DNA from: Nitrospirota bacterium
GTDB lineage: Bacteria; Nitrospirota; UBA9217
Direction of reading: 5' to 3'
Assembly: GCA_963663225.1 (NCBI GenBank)
Contig: OY760142.1
Coordinates: forward strand, 224,001-288,000
DNA length: 64,000 nt
Made by a program: the position numbers and the translations under genes. Below the pieces are notes generated by a model, which saw only the letters and a list, made by a program, of their open reading frames with translations, was not told where the DNA came from and searched no databases. Every line of letters begins with the position of its first letter. Positions within the stretch are counted from its first letter, which is position 1. Below are positions 1-10,361 of the stretch, in pieces.

Positions 1-612
1 AAGATATATATTTCGTGCCGTCCGTATTGATATTTCGCGAATGCTTTCCGCCGCTTCCGGCACCGTCCCCGGATATTCATAGAGTAGCGGAGACCGCAAA
101 AAAACAACATAGCCGTCGGGGAAATCGACATCATTCGTTTTTATCTTCGCGGATTCATTCCGTAACGGCATCTCACGGTAGGCGATGGGAGTATGTATCC
201 GTTCGGAATCGTTATAGTTCCTCAGCTCGGATTGCAATACAGACTGGGTAATAAAAACCGTGAAGATCCGTTGATCGTCTGCGGCCTCCAGCTGAATGTC
301 GTATTTCCCTTCAGACAACGGGGATGGAAGATCGAAAAGAAGATTGCCGTTTTTCTCCCGTACCAGTATGGTCTGTGCCTGTGCAATAATATTGCCGTCC
401 CGACAAAGAGTTCCTTTGACCTTCAGCCGGTCAATATGCTCCGCACCGCCAGAAACAGTAAACGCAGCATAAAGCGCTTTCTTCAGCTGAACTTGGTCAA
501 GCACCGCTACTCTATCCCGAAGAATTAGAGAATCTATATGGATTGATTTTGTTTTGCAGGCTGGGCAAAGAACAGCAACGACAAGAGCAAATATCCCAAG
601 AAGTCTTTTCAC
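1..612 (-). CDS. Partial (runs off window) secreted/lipoprotein-like protein of the EPS operon
   Basis: Absent from the ORF track. Manual translation from GTG at 612 gives MKRLLGIFALVVAVLCPACKTK...GYVVFLRSPLLYEYPGTVPEAAESIREISIRTARNIYL with no stop before base 1. Signal peptide with lipobox-like Cys. Confidence 0.7.
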   Translation of the reverse strand, partial: MKRLLGIFALVVAVLCPACKTKSIHIDSLILRDRVAVLDQVQLKKALYAAFTVSGGAEHIDRLKVKGTLCRDGNIIAQAQTILVREKNGNLLFDLPSPLSEGKYDIQLEAADDQRIFTVFITQSVLQSELRNYNDSERIHTPIAYREMPLRNESAKIKTNDVDFPDGYVVFLRSPLLYEYPGTVPEAAESIREISIRTARNIYL

Positions 613-660
613 AATCGTTCAGTCATCTATGATAAAGAGATGCAGAGGGTGAAATAAAGA

Positions 661-1290
661 TCACTTTTTATCCCGGTAGAGGCTGATAAGATGCTCCTGC
701 AGTAACCTGCAATCACGGTTTTTCAGCTGCTGAATCCGTTCCGGCGACCGGGATTCGCTCTGCTGAATGCCTGCAAAATATGCCGAGGGACACTGTTTTT
801 TCCATAATGCCAATACTTTCTCTTTATATTTGTCGGTCGTTGAAACAATTCTTGCAGGATTTCCGGCCACGATTGCTCCTTCAGGGACATCCTTGGTCAC
901 AACTGCACCCGCCCCTACAATTGCATTCGGTCCGATTTTAACATTTCCCAGAATGATTGCGTTAAGGCCGATAAAACAATTATCGGCTATCTCAATGGGG
1001 CCGAACCGTTGCACGCTGGGGTGTTCGTCGGTAAAGATCCAAGGCGACCCGTCATGGCTCAGAAAAATCACGTTCGGTGCTATCGTGCAATGGCTGCCGA
1101 TTCTGATTAAATACGGCTCCTGTCCTAGCGAGCTTACGTATATTCTGTTGCGGTCGCCGATGATCGCTCCCTGCTTCCTAAAATATTCCGCAATGGTGAA
1201 TTCGTTGTACCGGTTCAGTTCAATACTATGCTGAATGCGCCGTTTTACGCTTTGTACAATTTTAATCAGTGCGTTTACCATCACAACCAC
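661..1290 (-). CDS. Hexapeptide-repeat (LbH) O-acetyltransferase
   Basis: [57 protein letters not shown] motifs. Confidence 0.9.
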   Translation of the reverse strand: MVVMVNALIKIVQSVKRRIQHSIELNRYNEFTIAEYFRKQGAIIGDRNRIYVSSLGQEPYLIRIGSHCTIAPNVIFLSHDGSPWIFTDEHPSVQRFGPIEIADNCFIGLNAIILGNVKIGPNAIVGAGAVVTKDVPEGAIVAGNPARIVSTTDKYKEKVLALWKKQCPSAYFAGIQQSESRSPERIQQLKNRDCRLLQEHLISLYRDKK

Positions 1291-1335
1291 CGAACCTCAC
1301 TTGCTTTTCTTGCGATAAGAACATCACCAACAGAT

Positions 1336-2355
1336 CTATAATCCCAGTTTCTTTTTTGCGTTATTTATAAACGCCAACTCCGGATCGGAGTATATTTTTT
1401 GATACCCGTCTTCCCTTGTCATTACTCCGTCCCGGACCATGTTGGCGATTTCCCACACGTACGGGTGAAAACCATGGCGTTTCAGATGGACATCATTCCC
1501 GAAGGCATTGAGAAGACAGTTCGTGGAATTGCTGTCCGTGTCCTGAGGCGCCGTCCACCCGAATTCTCCGATCTGTTCAACCAGTGTTCCTTCGTGGTAA
1601 AACTCCCAGGCCATGGGGTGAACGTTATAGGGGAACCGTTCCTGCATGGCGAAATGCTTCTCATTCAGAAAATATGATTCGATATCGGTTCCAGCCACTT
1701 CGCGCAGCGGATTCAGGACCGCTTCCTGCGACATTTTGACGAGTGACGGATTCGTTCTCATAATCGAGGACTGCACCGGCGCCTGTCCAGGCGACCACCC
1801 GTATCCGATCATGGGTATTTCCTGTTCAATGGCTGTTTTCAAACAGTATGACTTCACAATAGCCATACACGAGGTACAGATGGTACTTGCTCGTTCAAGC
1901 GTTTTTTTCGAATATAGATCGCGGTCTGCTGCAACTGCAAAAATTTTTTTCAAAATGTCCCAGCGCGGTTTGAAAAAAATATGGTCCACATTCAACCGAT
2001 CAGTCACCCGCCGAATGTTCGCCACGGCCGTCTCGGACACGAACCCGTTGTCCAGACTGACTGCCAGCACCCGCAGTCGGTATTTGTTTTTGAGCAGACT
2101 CATGGTGTAGGTCGAGTCTTTCCCGCCGCTATATGCCATCAAAATATCATAGGATCGGCGCCGGGCTGCCGGTCCTCCTGTCTGCTCCAGTAAATCCAGG
2201 AACTTCCGTTCATATCTTTTTTTGTCTTCGGCGTGTTTTTTTTCCTTTCCGGCGGCCTGCTGGCAGTGCACGCAAACACCGGCTTCATCAAAACTGATGC
2301 CGGGAAAGGTTCCCGGCAATATGCAGCGCGTACAAACGGTTATATTAGATGACAT
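1336..2355 (-). CDS. PP-loop ATP pyrophosphatase, N-acetyl-sugar amidotransferase (WbpG-like) family
   Basis: N-terminal CxxC...CxxC (CTRC/CVHC), PP-loop SGGKDS, CTSC. Start moved to ATG 2355, which overlaps the upstream stop. Confidence 0.75.
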   Translation of the reverse strand: MSSNITVCTRCILPGTFPGISFDEAGVCVHCQQAAGKEKKHAEDKKRYERKFLDLLEQTGGPAARRRSYDILMAYSGGKDSTYTMSLLKNKYRLRVLAVSLDNGFVSETAVANIRRVTDRLNVDHIFFKPRWDILKKIFAVAADRDLYSKKTLERASTICTSCMAIVKSYCLKTAIEQEIPMIGYGWSPGQAPVQSSIMRTNPSLVKMSQEAVLNPLREVAGTDIESYFLNEKHFAMQERFPYNVHPMAWEFYHEGTLVEQIGEFGWTAPQDTDSNSTNCLLNAFGNDVHLKRHGFHPYVWEIANMVRDGVMTREDGYQKIYSDPELAFINNAKKKLGL

Positions 2356-3217
2356 GGTTTGCAGTCCTTTTCTTCGTGGCCCGTATTGCTCGTATTTTGT
2401 CTCCATCTTTGAAATACTCGATATTCTGATAACCGCCGCTTTTTTCGATTACTCGGGTGACCAGGGTCTCCTGCCGTTCACCGATTTCAAAGAGCAGGAC
2501 TCCGTCCGGCTTCAGCAACGGCTGCGCATCTGTGATCAGCCGGCGGTAGATGTTAATCCCGTATGGCCCGCCGTCAAGCGCGACGAGCGGCTCATGGTCA
2601 ATAATTTCGGCAGACAGTTTGCTGAGTGAGCTTGTCGGTATATAAGGCGGATTACATACGATGCAGTCTATATTTTCTTCGTATTCCACTCCTGCATAAG
2701 GCGCGAACAGGTCTCCGACCGCGAGAGAAATCCTGTCCTCGAGCTTGAACTTTGCCACGTTCCGGCGGGCTATCTCCACCGCGGCAGAACTGATGTCACT
2801 GGCCAGAACCGATACCTGTTGTGCCTGCAGGGCAATGGATACTGCGATGTTTCCGCAGCCGGTTCCTACTTCGATCAGCGTGAGGGTCTTGCCGGCAGAT
2901 TCTTTTTTACACAGCGATTCAAGAACTGCGTTCACTAATACTCTGGTTTCATCGGTCGGAATCAGCGTATCCGGAGTGCAGAAAAACATGCGTCCCATAA
3001 AATGCGCTTTACCGAGAATATACTCCCAGGGCATTCCTTTTTTCCTTTTTTGAATCGCAAGTTCAAGATTGATCTGTTCCCCCTCCGCATGCGTTAAGGT
3101 CGCTCCCCGCAGCGCGCCGCTCGACAGCAGGTCAAAAAGGCGCAAAGTCTCGTAAAGAGAGTTTTCCGTGCCGGCTTGTTCAATCAAAGTATAACTGCGT
3201 AAAAAATCATGGAACAT
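2345..3217 (-). CDS. HemK/PrmC-family SAM-dependent N-methyltransferase (divergent paralog)
   Basis: PWEYILG, EVGTGCGNI SAM motif, CNPPY, HEPLVALDGG. LIPTDET replaces the canonical LIPRPETE. Confidence 0.8.
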   Translation of the reverse strand: MFHDFLRSYTLIEQAGTENSLYETLRLFDLLSSGALRGATLTHAEGEQINLELAIQKRKKGMPWEYILGKAHFMGRMFFCTPDTLIPTDETRVLVNAVLESLCKKESAGKTLTLIEVGTGCGNIAVSIALQAQQVSVLASDISSAAVEIARRNVAKFKLEDRISLAVGDLFAPYAGVEYEENIDCIVCNPPYIPTSSLSKLSAEIIDHEPLVALDGGPYGINIYRRLITDAQPLLKPDGVLLFEIGERQETLVTRVIEKSGGYQNIEYFKDGDKIRAIRATKKRTANHVI

Positions 3218-3231
3218 GAATAATAACCTCG

Positions 3232-4782
3232 TTATTCGTTTACGGCCATCAAGAGTGTTTTGCTGATTTTACCCGTTGTAGTCTTTGGAAGAGTTTCCAG
3301 AATTTCTACATACTTGGGAACCATAAAGTTTTCGAGATGGTCCGCGCAATATTTCAAAATATCCTTTTCCGTCAGGCGCGCACCGTTCTCCAGCGCGACA
3401 TACGCTTTAATTGCCTGGCCGAAAATTTCATCCGGAACACCAACGACTGCCGCCTCCACAATGCCGTCGAGCGCATACAGTACATTTTCCACTTCCTTCG
3501 GACTGACTTTTTCACCCTTGCATTTTATGATATCGTCTTTTCTTGCAACAAAATAAAAATATCCGTCCTCGTCCGTTCTGAAAAGATCACCGGTGTATAA
3601 GAGCCGCTCTCCTGGATACGTGCCCGGCTTCAGACGTTTTGCCGTTTCTTCGGGCAGATCCCAATATCCAAGCATTACATTGGAACCTCTCACCACCAAT
3701 TCTCCCACCTCTCCGGGTGGCATCCGTCGGCCTTTTTCATCGACGATGAAAATTTCTTCATTCGGCATGCCTTTTCCCACGGAAGTGGGTTTTTTCTCAA
3801 GATCTGCCGGAGGCAGATAGGAAACCCGTTTGCATTCCGTCAAGCCGTACATCGAGTAGAGCTTTGCCTGGGGGAAAAGCTCACGCAATCTTTTTATATG
3901 GCTGACCGGCAGTGCCGCAGCGGTATTGGTAATGTACCGCAGAGTACTGAAGTCATATTTCTGAATATCTTTCATTTGCAGCAGAAGAGAAAAAATCGTC
4001 GGAACGCCGGGAAAACCCGTAACCTTTTCTTCAGTCATTACTTTAAGGACTTGAGCAGGGTAGGCAAAGGATTTTTCCAGCACGACGGTAGCGCCGACTC
4101 TGAATCCCATAAGAATCTGGTAAAGGCCGTAATCGAAGGTGAGCGGCAGCACATTGATAATGATATCCTGATCGGTATTGTCAAGATATGTCGTTATTGA
4201 ATGCGCAGCCGAAACCATGTTCAGGTGAGAGAGCATGACCCCTTTCGGATTTCCCGTTGATCCAGAAGTATAAACGATGGAAGCCAGATCGAGATCAATG
4301 CATGTTTTTTTTATGGAGCCGTTTATCGCATTGTTGCACGTAATTTTCTCAAAGGACAGAGGGGAGGACGCCAGACCGCTCCATATAACCGTTTGGAGAT
4401 GGGGGGAAGTCGTGGACGCCACGACGTCCTTCCGGGCGTTCTGGGTAATCATTACCTTTGCCCTGCTGTTGTTCAGAATATACTCAAGTTTTCCGGACTT
4501 GGTCGTGTGATTGATCATCATGAATGCCGCGTTTGCCTTGAGTATTCCGAAAAGCGCAATGACTGCTTCGACCGAGTTGTCCATGAATACGGCGACCCGG
4601 TCGCCGCGCTCAACTCCGGACGCCGCAAGAGCATGGGCAAGACGTTCTGAACGGGAATCTATATCAGCATACGTAAAACGCTTTCCCTGATAAATCAGCG
4701 CTGTTTTTTCCGGAAATTTTTGTGCGCTGGTTTCGAGAAAATGATTGACAAGTGTATGTCTGAACATGGCGGTGTCCATCAT
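3232..4782 (-). CDS. AMP-forming acyl-CoA/acyl-ACP ligase (adenylation enzyme), exosortase-system type
   Basis: YTSGSTGNPKG, YGLTEC, TGD, PKTTTGK motifs. Confidence 0.9.
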   Translation of the reverse strand: MMDTAMFRHTLVNHFLETSAQKFPEKTALIYQGKRFTYADIDSRSERLAHALAASGVERGDRVAVFMDNSVEAVIALFGILKANAAFMMINHTTKSGKLEYILNNSRAKVMITQNARKDVVASTTSPHLQTVIWSGLASSPLSFEKITCNNAINGSIKKTCIDLDLASIVYTSGSTGNPKGVMLSHLNMVSAAHSITTYLDNTDQDIIINVLPLTFDYGLYQILMGFRVGATVVLEKSFAYPAQVLKVMTEEKVTGFPGVPTIFSLLLQMKDIQKYDFSTLRYITNTAAALPVSHIKRLRELFPQAKLYSMYGLTECKRVSYLPPADLEKKPTSVGKGMPNEEIFIVDEKGRRMPPGEVGELVVRGSNVMLGYWDLPEETAKRLKPGTYPGERLLYTGDLFRTDEDGYFYFVARKDDIIKCKGEKVSPKEVENVLYALDGIVEAAVVGVPDEIFGQAIKAYVALENGARLTEKDILKYCADHLENFMVPKYVEILETLPKTTTGKISKTLLMAVNE

Positions 4783-5054
4783 CAGGCGTTTTGGACCGCA
4801 ACCGGTCCCGTACTTGCTTTTTTGGCGACAAAATCGGCGAGCTTGCCGATGGAATCAAAGTTATCGGGTATTATTTCATCATCGGTTACGGCGAACCCGA
4901 ATTTCTCTTCGACAAAGGACACTAGTTCGAGCACGCCGGTTGAGTCGATAATGCCTTTTTCCAGAAAAGAGACCTCGTCGGTCAGTGTATGGTCATCCTG
5001 ACCATATAAAAAGTTTTCTATGACAAAGGCTCTGATTACATCTTTCTGTTGCAT
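4782..5054 (-). CDS. Acyl carrier protein
   Basis: GIIDSTG phosphopantetheine Ser motif. GGGGAG RBS before ATG 5054. Translationally coupled to the ligase. Confidence 0.9.
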   Translation of the reverse strand: MQQKDVIRAFVIENFLYGQDDHTLTDEVSFLEKGIIDSTGVLELVSFVEEKFGFAVTDDEIIPDNFDSIGKLADFVAKKASTGPVAVQNA

Positions 5055-5163
5055 AGTGGTGCTCCCCCTTTTGCTGGTTAATCGTATCTCTGTACACGTA
5101 TATGTATATGTTAAAATGCCCGATAGAGCTGAGTTGATATGCATCCAGACGATCGCGGGATAA

Positions 5164-7104
5164 TCAACGAATGCTCCGTTTTTTTACCTGAAATTGTTTT
5201 ATAAACTGGTCATACAGCAGCATCGTAGAAACAATACCGACAATGGCCATATTGTCCTTGAATCCCAAAACAGGGCTTTGTCTGCATTTTTTTACCAGGG
5301 TGGACACTGACCTGGGGTTGAAAAAACCGACTTCCTGCAGTTGCTTTTCTGAAAGGATTTCCTCAATATAGTCGGGTGACTCCTTTGCAAAAAAGCTTTT
5401 CGCGTCAGGGGCCATATAGGGCTGCTTAGTTCTCTTCACCACCGCCGGAGGCAGTAAGTTCCTCATGCTTTTCTTGAGAATATACTTTTCCGTAAGGGCG
5501 CACATTCTGATTGTGGGGGGCAGTTTGCAGGAAAACTCCACAAGCCGGTGATCAAGAAACGGGAACCTTCCTTCTATCGAATGCGCCATGGCAACCCGGT
5601 CACCCTGCGATGAGAGCAGATAGCCAGAAAGCAAAGTCTTGATTTCCATGTACTGCGCCTGTGAAATGTCGTCAAATGCACTGAAATCATCCGACAATAA
5701 ATCCGTCAAATCATACAGATTGTTATACCCGCGCAGCGTGTCTTTCAGTGCATCGGAAAAGAATGATTTTATTTTCGCAGTCGTGTTCCAGCGCGGAACA
5801 TGAGAAAAGTATTGGGGAGGATATTTGTCCGCATCCGTGTTAAAGAATGCTTCCGCGTATTTGACTGACCGCACCGGAGAATGCGCGAGATATGGATACA
5901 GACGTTTTAGAATCAGCTGCCTGAAACGGGAATCAGGATTTTTTTCCAAAAATCTTCGTACTTTGGTTTCCTTAAAAATATCATAACCGGCTAATATTTC
6001 ATCCGATCCTTCCCCCGTCAAAACAACCTTATATCCGCTTTCCCTGACCAGTTTTGACAAAAGAAAAAGTGGCGCCGGTGCAGTGCGCACAATGGGCTTC
6101 TCCGTATGCCAGACAACGTCCGGGAACACATTTCCGATATCGGCATAGGAACACTTGATATCGCTGTGGTCGGTCCCCAGATAGTCGATCATCTGCTTCT
6201 GATAGGAGCTTTCATCATAAACTTCATCGGCAAAGGTGACTGAAAATGTCCTTAAGGGCGTATCAGTGTATTTTTTTATAAGCGTCGTAATGACTGAAGA
6301 GTCTATTCCTCCGCTGAGGTATGCGCCCACCGGGACGTCAGCCCTCAGTTGGAGCCTTGTAGAGTCGATCAAAAGACTGCGCAATTCTTCGGCATACTGA
6401 GTTTCCGTTTTTGAACATGCATCGGGAGTAAAATCAGGATCCCAATACCGTTTCTGGACCAGTACACCGCGGGTAATGGTAATAGAATGTCCGGCGGGAA
6501 GTTCGAAAATATCTTTGAAGGCAGTCCTTGGCGGAATGGTCATCCAGAAGGTGAATATCTGGTCCAGAGCGCACGGATCTATTTCCCTCTTTACGCGGGA
6601 ATCGGCAAACAGGGATTTTATCTCCGATGCAAACAGCAGCGAATCTTCGATCCGGGTATAGAAAAGCGGACGAATACCCAGCCGGTCTCGCGCTATGAAG
6701 AAGACATCACCGGTTTTGTCCCAGATGGCAAATGCAAACTGGCCGTTCAGATAACCAAGGCATTCCGTACCGTATTCTTCATAAAGATGTACAATTACCT
6801 CGGTATCGGATTTTGTATAAAAAACGTGGCCTTTCTTCTGGAGAAATTCCCGCAGTTCGATGTAATTGAATATTTCACCGTTGAAAATGATTGCAATGGT
6901 TCTGTCTTCATTGTAAATCGGCTGGTTTCCACCCGCAAGGTCGATAATACTCAACCTGGCGTGCGCCAGTCCCGCCCGCAGATCACGATGGAATCCGTAT
7001 CCATCCGGACCGCGATGCTGCACCATCTCAATCATGTCCTTCAGGACATCCAGGGATATTTCCCTGTCGCGATGGAGGTTAAAAATGCCTGCTATGCCGC
7101 ACAT
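5164..7104 (-). CDS. asnB: Asparagine synthase (glutamine-hydrolysing)-family amidotransferase, EPS-associated
   Basis: MCGIAG N-terminal nucleophile, HRGPD, RLSIID, SGGIDSS, GEGSDE, EGRFPFLD. Confidence 0.9.
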   Translation of the reverse strand: MCGIAGIFNLHRDREISLDVLKDMIEMVQHRGPDGYGFHRDLRAGLAHARLSIIDLAGGNQPIYNEDRTIAIIFNGEIFNYIELREFLQKKGHVFYTKSDTEVIVHLYEEYGTECLGYLNGQFAFAIWDKTGDVFFIARDRLGIRPLFYTRIEDSLLFASEIKSLFADSRVKREIDPCALDQIFTFWMTIPPRTAFKDIFELPAGHSITITRGVLVQKRYWDPDFTPDACSKTETQYAEELRSLLIDSTRLQLRADVPVGAYLSGGIDSSVITTLIKKYTDTPLRTFSVTFADEVYDESSYQKQMIDYLGTDHSDIKCSYADIGNVFPDVVWHTEKPIVRTAPAPLFLLSKLVRESGYKVVLTGEGSDEILAGYDIFKETKVRRFLEKNPDSRFRQLILKRLYPYLAHSPVRSVKYAEAFFNTDADKYPPQYFSHVPRWNTTAKIKSFFSDALKDTLRGYNNLYDLTDLLSDDFSAFDDISQAQYMEIKTLLSGYLLSSQGDRVAMAHSIEGRFPFLDHRLVEFSCKLPPTIRMCALTEKYILKKSMRNLLPPAVVKRTKQPYMAPDAKSFFAKESPDYIEEILSEKQLQEVGFFNPRSVSTLVKKCRQSPVLGFKDNMAIVGIVSTMLLYDQFIKQFQVKKRSIR

Positions 7105-8057
7105 CGCTTCCCTGAATGGTCGCGGTACCAGTTGATTGTTTCAACAAGACCGCGGTTGATGGGATATTGGGGGTTATATGCAAGTTGTTTGCGCGCGAGA
7201 TCCACATCAGCGAGGGAATCCCTTACATCACCGGAACGTTTCGGACGGTAGATGATTTCCGAGCTTGACGATGTCTCCTTCTGAATCAATTGAGCAAGAT
7301 CAAGGACGGTTATCCGCTGACCATATGCGATGTTAAAAACTCTGCCCGGTATCTGGTCAATGGTCAAAGCGTTCAAATTTGCGGAAACGACATCATCGAT
7401 ATAGCTGAAGTCCCGCGTTTGCAGGCCGTCGCCTTCTATCGGAAGAGGTTCGTTCTGGAGCGCTTTTGTAATAAATTTCGGGATAACCGCCGCATAGTCT
7501 GAGGCAGGGTTTTGTCTGCGGCCATACACGTTAAAATATCTCAGGCCGATAATCTGCATGCCGTAAAGATTGGAAAAAACCGAGGCGAGCATCTCCTTCG
7601 AAGCTTTAGAAACAGCATACGGCGACTTCGGGTTGAGCGGCATGCTCTCACGCTTCGGTAATTCCGGCGTATCACCGTAGACGGAGGAAGAACTGGCGAA
7701 CACTATCCGTTTGCAGCCGTACTCCGCAGCGATATGAAACAGATTTGTCGTACCGGTGATATTTACATCAATGGTCTTTATCGGATCTTTGACGCTTTTG
7801 GAGACGCTCGGTACCGCCGCCTGATGGGATATCAGCGAAATATTTTCGGACTTTATTATGGATCTCAACAGTCCGCCGTCAAGAATGCTTCCATGAATAA
7901 ATTTCATATTGTCGCTTTCCTGTATATCGAGGACATTCTCCATTTTCCCCGTGCTCAAATCATCCAGGACAACGACACGGTATCCGCGCAACAGCAATGC
8001 CTCGGCTATGTTGCTCCCGATAAATCCTGCTCCGCCCGTTACTAATACTGACTCCAT
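7092..8057 (-). CDS. NAD-dependent UDP-sugar epimerase/dehydratase (WbpP-like SDR)
   Basis: TGGAGFIG, YAVSK (YxxxK), RYFNVYG, GDGLQTRDF. Confidence 0.9.
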   Translation of the reverse strand: MESVLVTGGAGFIGSNIAEALLLRGYRVVVLDDLSTGKMENVLDIQESDNMKFIHGSILDGGLLRSIIKSENISLISHQAAVPSVSKSVKDPIKTIDVNITGTTNLFHIAAEYGCKRIVFASSSSVYGDTPELPKRESMPLNPKSPYAVSKASKEMLASVFSNLYGMQIIGLRYFNVYGRRQNPASDYAAVIPKFITKALQNEPLPIEGDGLQTRDFSYIDDVVSANLNALTIDQIPGRVFNIAYGQRITVLDLAQLIQKETSSSSEIIYRPKRSGDVRDSLADVDLARKQLAYNPQYPINRGLVETINWYRDHSGKRCAA

Positions 8058-8086
8058 AATTCCTCCTTGGAATAAAACAATGCTTC

Positions 8087-9397
8087 TTAAAATATCTGTC
8101 TGAATTCGAGAATGAACCGATTGTTCGAGTAATTGTTCGCCATAATGTCATACGAATGGCTGTTTGCAAACCGATATTCAAAAGACAGGGTCGCCTTCTC
8201 AGATAATTGTTGGTCAAGTCGAAGTGTTGAAAGAACGATTTTCGTTACGCCGCCGGTAGCGGTTGTATCGTTTACATCCTGATAGCCGGCCCCCAGTGTA
8301 CCGGTTGTAAGTGTAGCAAAACGGTATAGTGCCGACCCCTGTACTTGCTGGGTTCTGGACAACCGCTGATTCGACAGAGCGTCACGATATTCATTCCATC
8401 CTCCTGAAAGGGTGACAACGGCCCTCGGCCAGGTATTTGAAATGCTGGCAGTATACTGGTCATCCAGCGTAACAAGACGCACCGGATCCTGAACAACATA
8501 CCTGCGCGCACCCAAAGCGAATGTCAGGGTTGATATCCGATGGTTCAGACCTCCGTCCCAGAACCAGTAATCCTTTCTTGGATGATTTTGGTTGGGGTCC
8601 GCTTTCGGCTCAAAATCGAACCAGGTTTTGCCGCCCCGGGCGAAAATATAGGCATTTTCTGCGTACGCATACTGTGGTCCGGCGTATACGTCAACCTGGG
8701 TATAATTTGAAATGTGGTTGAAATCATGCGTATATCGCGCTCCTGCGGTAAATGTCATGCGTGAAGAAAGATTGATCCCCAGGTCGCCGTATGCAATATG
8801 TTCCAGGTGGTTGACGGTTTCAGCCTGGCTTGCGACGCTGCCGTTGAGGTAGCGAACATCCTGGAAAATGTATCCGAATACAGTCCGCGAGTTCGTAGAG
8901 GGTCGGAGAATGAGATACGGATTAACCGCAAATATGTTTTGATCAACCTGGTTGGCGGTGGGACTCTGCTGCGTGTAATCGATGCTGACGTTTTGAGATA
9001 CCCTGCTGTAGTCGTCCCGCACTTCAACATACAGATAGTCCTGAATAAGTTCAGTCCGGTTTCTCAGAAAAAGCAGATGAGAATAGTCGTTCTGGATACG
9101 GTGCCGGGTATAATAGTAATAGCTGTACGTATAGTTCAGGTCCCAGTCCCAGAAGGAAGTTGTATATTTTAATCGAATTGACGGGGATAGTCTGGTGATA
9201 AAGGACTCGATTTTATTTTCATCGCGTTGCAGAAAAACGTTGTCATTATACTCTTCACTCACCATAATAGAAGGCTCAATCCTGAACACGGCGCCTTCTG
9301 TTTCCAGCGCAAAGCAGGTAAGCATAAAAACAATGGCCGCAGCAACAAGTCCTGATATTCGCAAGGAAGCCCCCCTTCGGGAAAGTATATGGATCAT
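8087..9397 (-). CDS. Outer-membrane beta-barrel protein, PEP-CTERM/EPS-associated
   Basis: Signal peptide, EEYNDNVF motif, aromatic alternating strands, C-terminal Phe. Lies after the tyrosine kinase. Confidence 0.75.
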   Translation of the reverse strand: MIHILSRRGASLRISGLVAAAIVFMLTCFALETEGAVFRIEPSIMVSEEYNDNVFLQRDENKIESFITRLSPSIRLKYTTSFWDWDLNYTYSYYYYTRHRIQNDYSHLLFLRNRTELIQDYLYVEVRDDYSRVSQNVSIDYTQQSPTANQVDQNIFAVNPYLILRPSTNSRTVFGYIFQDVRYLNGSVASQAETVNHLEHIAYGDLGINLSSRMTFTAGARYTHDFNHISNYTQVDVYAGPQYAYAENAYIFARGGKTWFDFEPKADPNQNHPRKDYWFWDGGLNHRISTLTFALGARRYVVQDPVRLVTLDDQYTASISNTWPRAVVTLSGGWNEYRDALSNQRLSRTQQVQGSALYRFATLTTGTLGAGYQDVNDTTATGGVTKIVLSTLRLDQQLSEKATLSFEYRFANSHSYDIMANNYSNNRFILEFRQIF

Positions 9398-10344
9398 TTT
9401 TTTCCTGTCCTATTCAAAATAGTATCCAGCCAGGTCTTAATCTTTTGAATTGCCGTATTAATCGTTTTTTCCGTCTGATCCATCAGTTTAGCAGCTTTGA
9501 GCGCTCCGGCCTGTTCCACTGCCGAAGAGCGGTCATAGTACGGCATCCCCTGCGATGAAAGATAGTGTGGAACATTATTGAAGACTGTCCCGAATACATG
9601 GGTGTCATTCAGGAGTGCCAGCGCCTGCCCTGCTGATTTCACCGGCGTCCGGCCGGCTTGAACCACGAAAATAGCTCCATCTATGTACTCCTTTAAATAC
9701 AGGGCTTCAGCGGTGGTCAGAAGCGGAGAAGAGTCAAAGATAATATACCGGTCACGGTATCGGTATTTCATTTCCCGCACAAGGTCTTTCATTTTTTCGG
9801 ATGCGAGAAGCTCGGACGGATTGCTCGGCGGATTGCCGGCAGGCAGCAATACCAGTTTGCCGATTCCCGTTTTGATAAGGATATCGGAAAGCTGCACCTT
9901 TGCCTGCAGATAATCGCTCAGACCGTACTGCGGGGTTATGCCGAGATAGGTATGAATCGACGGCTGGCGAAGGTCCGTATCGATCAGGAGGACGGTATGA
10001 TCGATTTCCTGCGCCATCGTAATAGCCAGATTGATCGCGGTGACTGTTTTCCCTTCTCCCGCAAGTGCGCTGGTAACAAGGAGACTGTTCAGAAAATCTT
10101 TTTCCGTGCTTTTAAAAATTCTTGCCCGCAGCTTTTTGTATTCCTCCGCGGAAGGGGCGGTCGGATCGGTTATGCAAACGATATGTTTATTAACGGCAGT
10201 GGGGTCGATTATGGATTCTCCCACCTCGAAAACCGGCGTCGAGCTCTGCCGCTCTCGTGCCACACTTATCGTCGATGATGATTCTCTTCCGCCCTGCCTC
10301 AACTGCGCAGCTTTTTCCAATGCTTTCTCTATTCTGCTCATCAC
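9394..10344 (-). CDS. Polysaccharide biosynthesis tyrosine autokinase (CpsD/CapB; exosortase-A-associated type)
   Basis: MSRIEKALEKA N-terminus, Walker A GEGKT, LLIDTDLRQP, IFDSSP. Confidence 0.9.
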   Translation of the reverse strand: MMSRIEKALEKAAQLRQGGRESSSTISVARERQSSTPVFEVGESIIDPTAVNKHIVCITDPTAPSAEEYKKLRARIFKSTEKDFLNSLLVTSALAGEGKTVTAINLAITMAQEIDHTVLLIDTDLRQPSIHTYLGITPQYGLSDYLQAKVQLSDILIKTGIGKLVLLPAGNPPSNPSELLASEKMKDLVREMKYRYRDRYIIFDSSPLLTTAEALYLKEYIDGAIFVVQAGRTPVKSAGQALALLNDTHVFGTVFNNVPHYLSSQGMPYYDRSSAVEQAGALKAAKLMDQTEKTINTAIQKIKTWLDTILNRTGKK

Positions 10345-10361
10345 AGGTCTCCCGTGTATGG

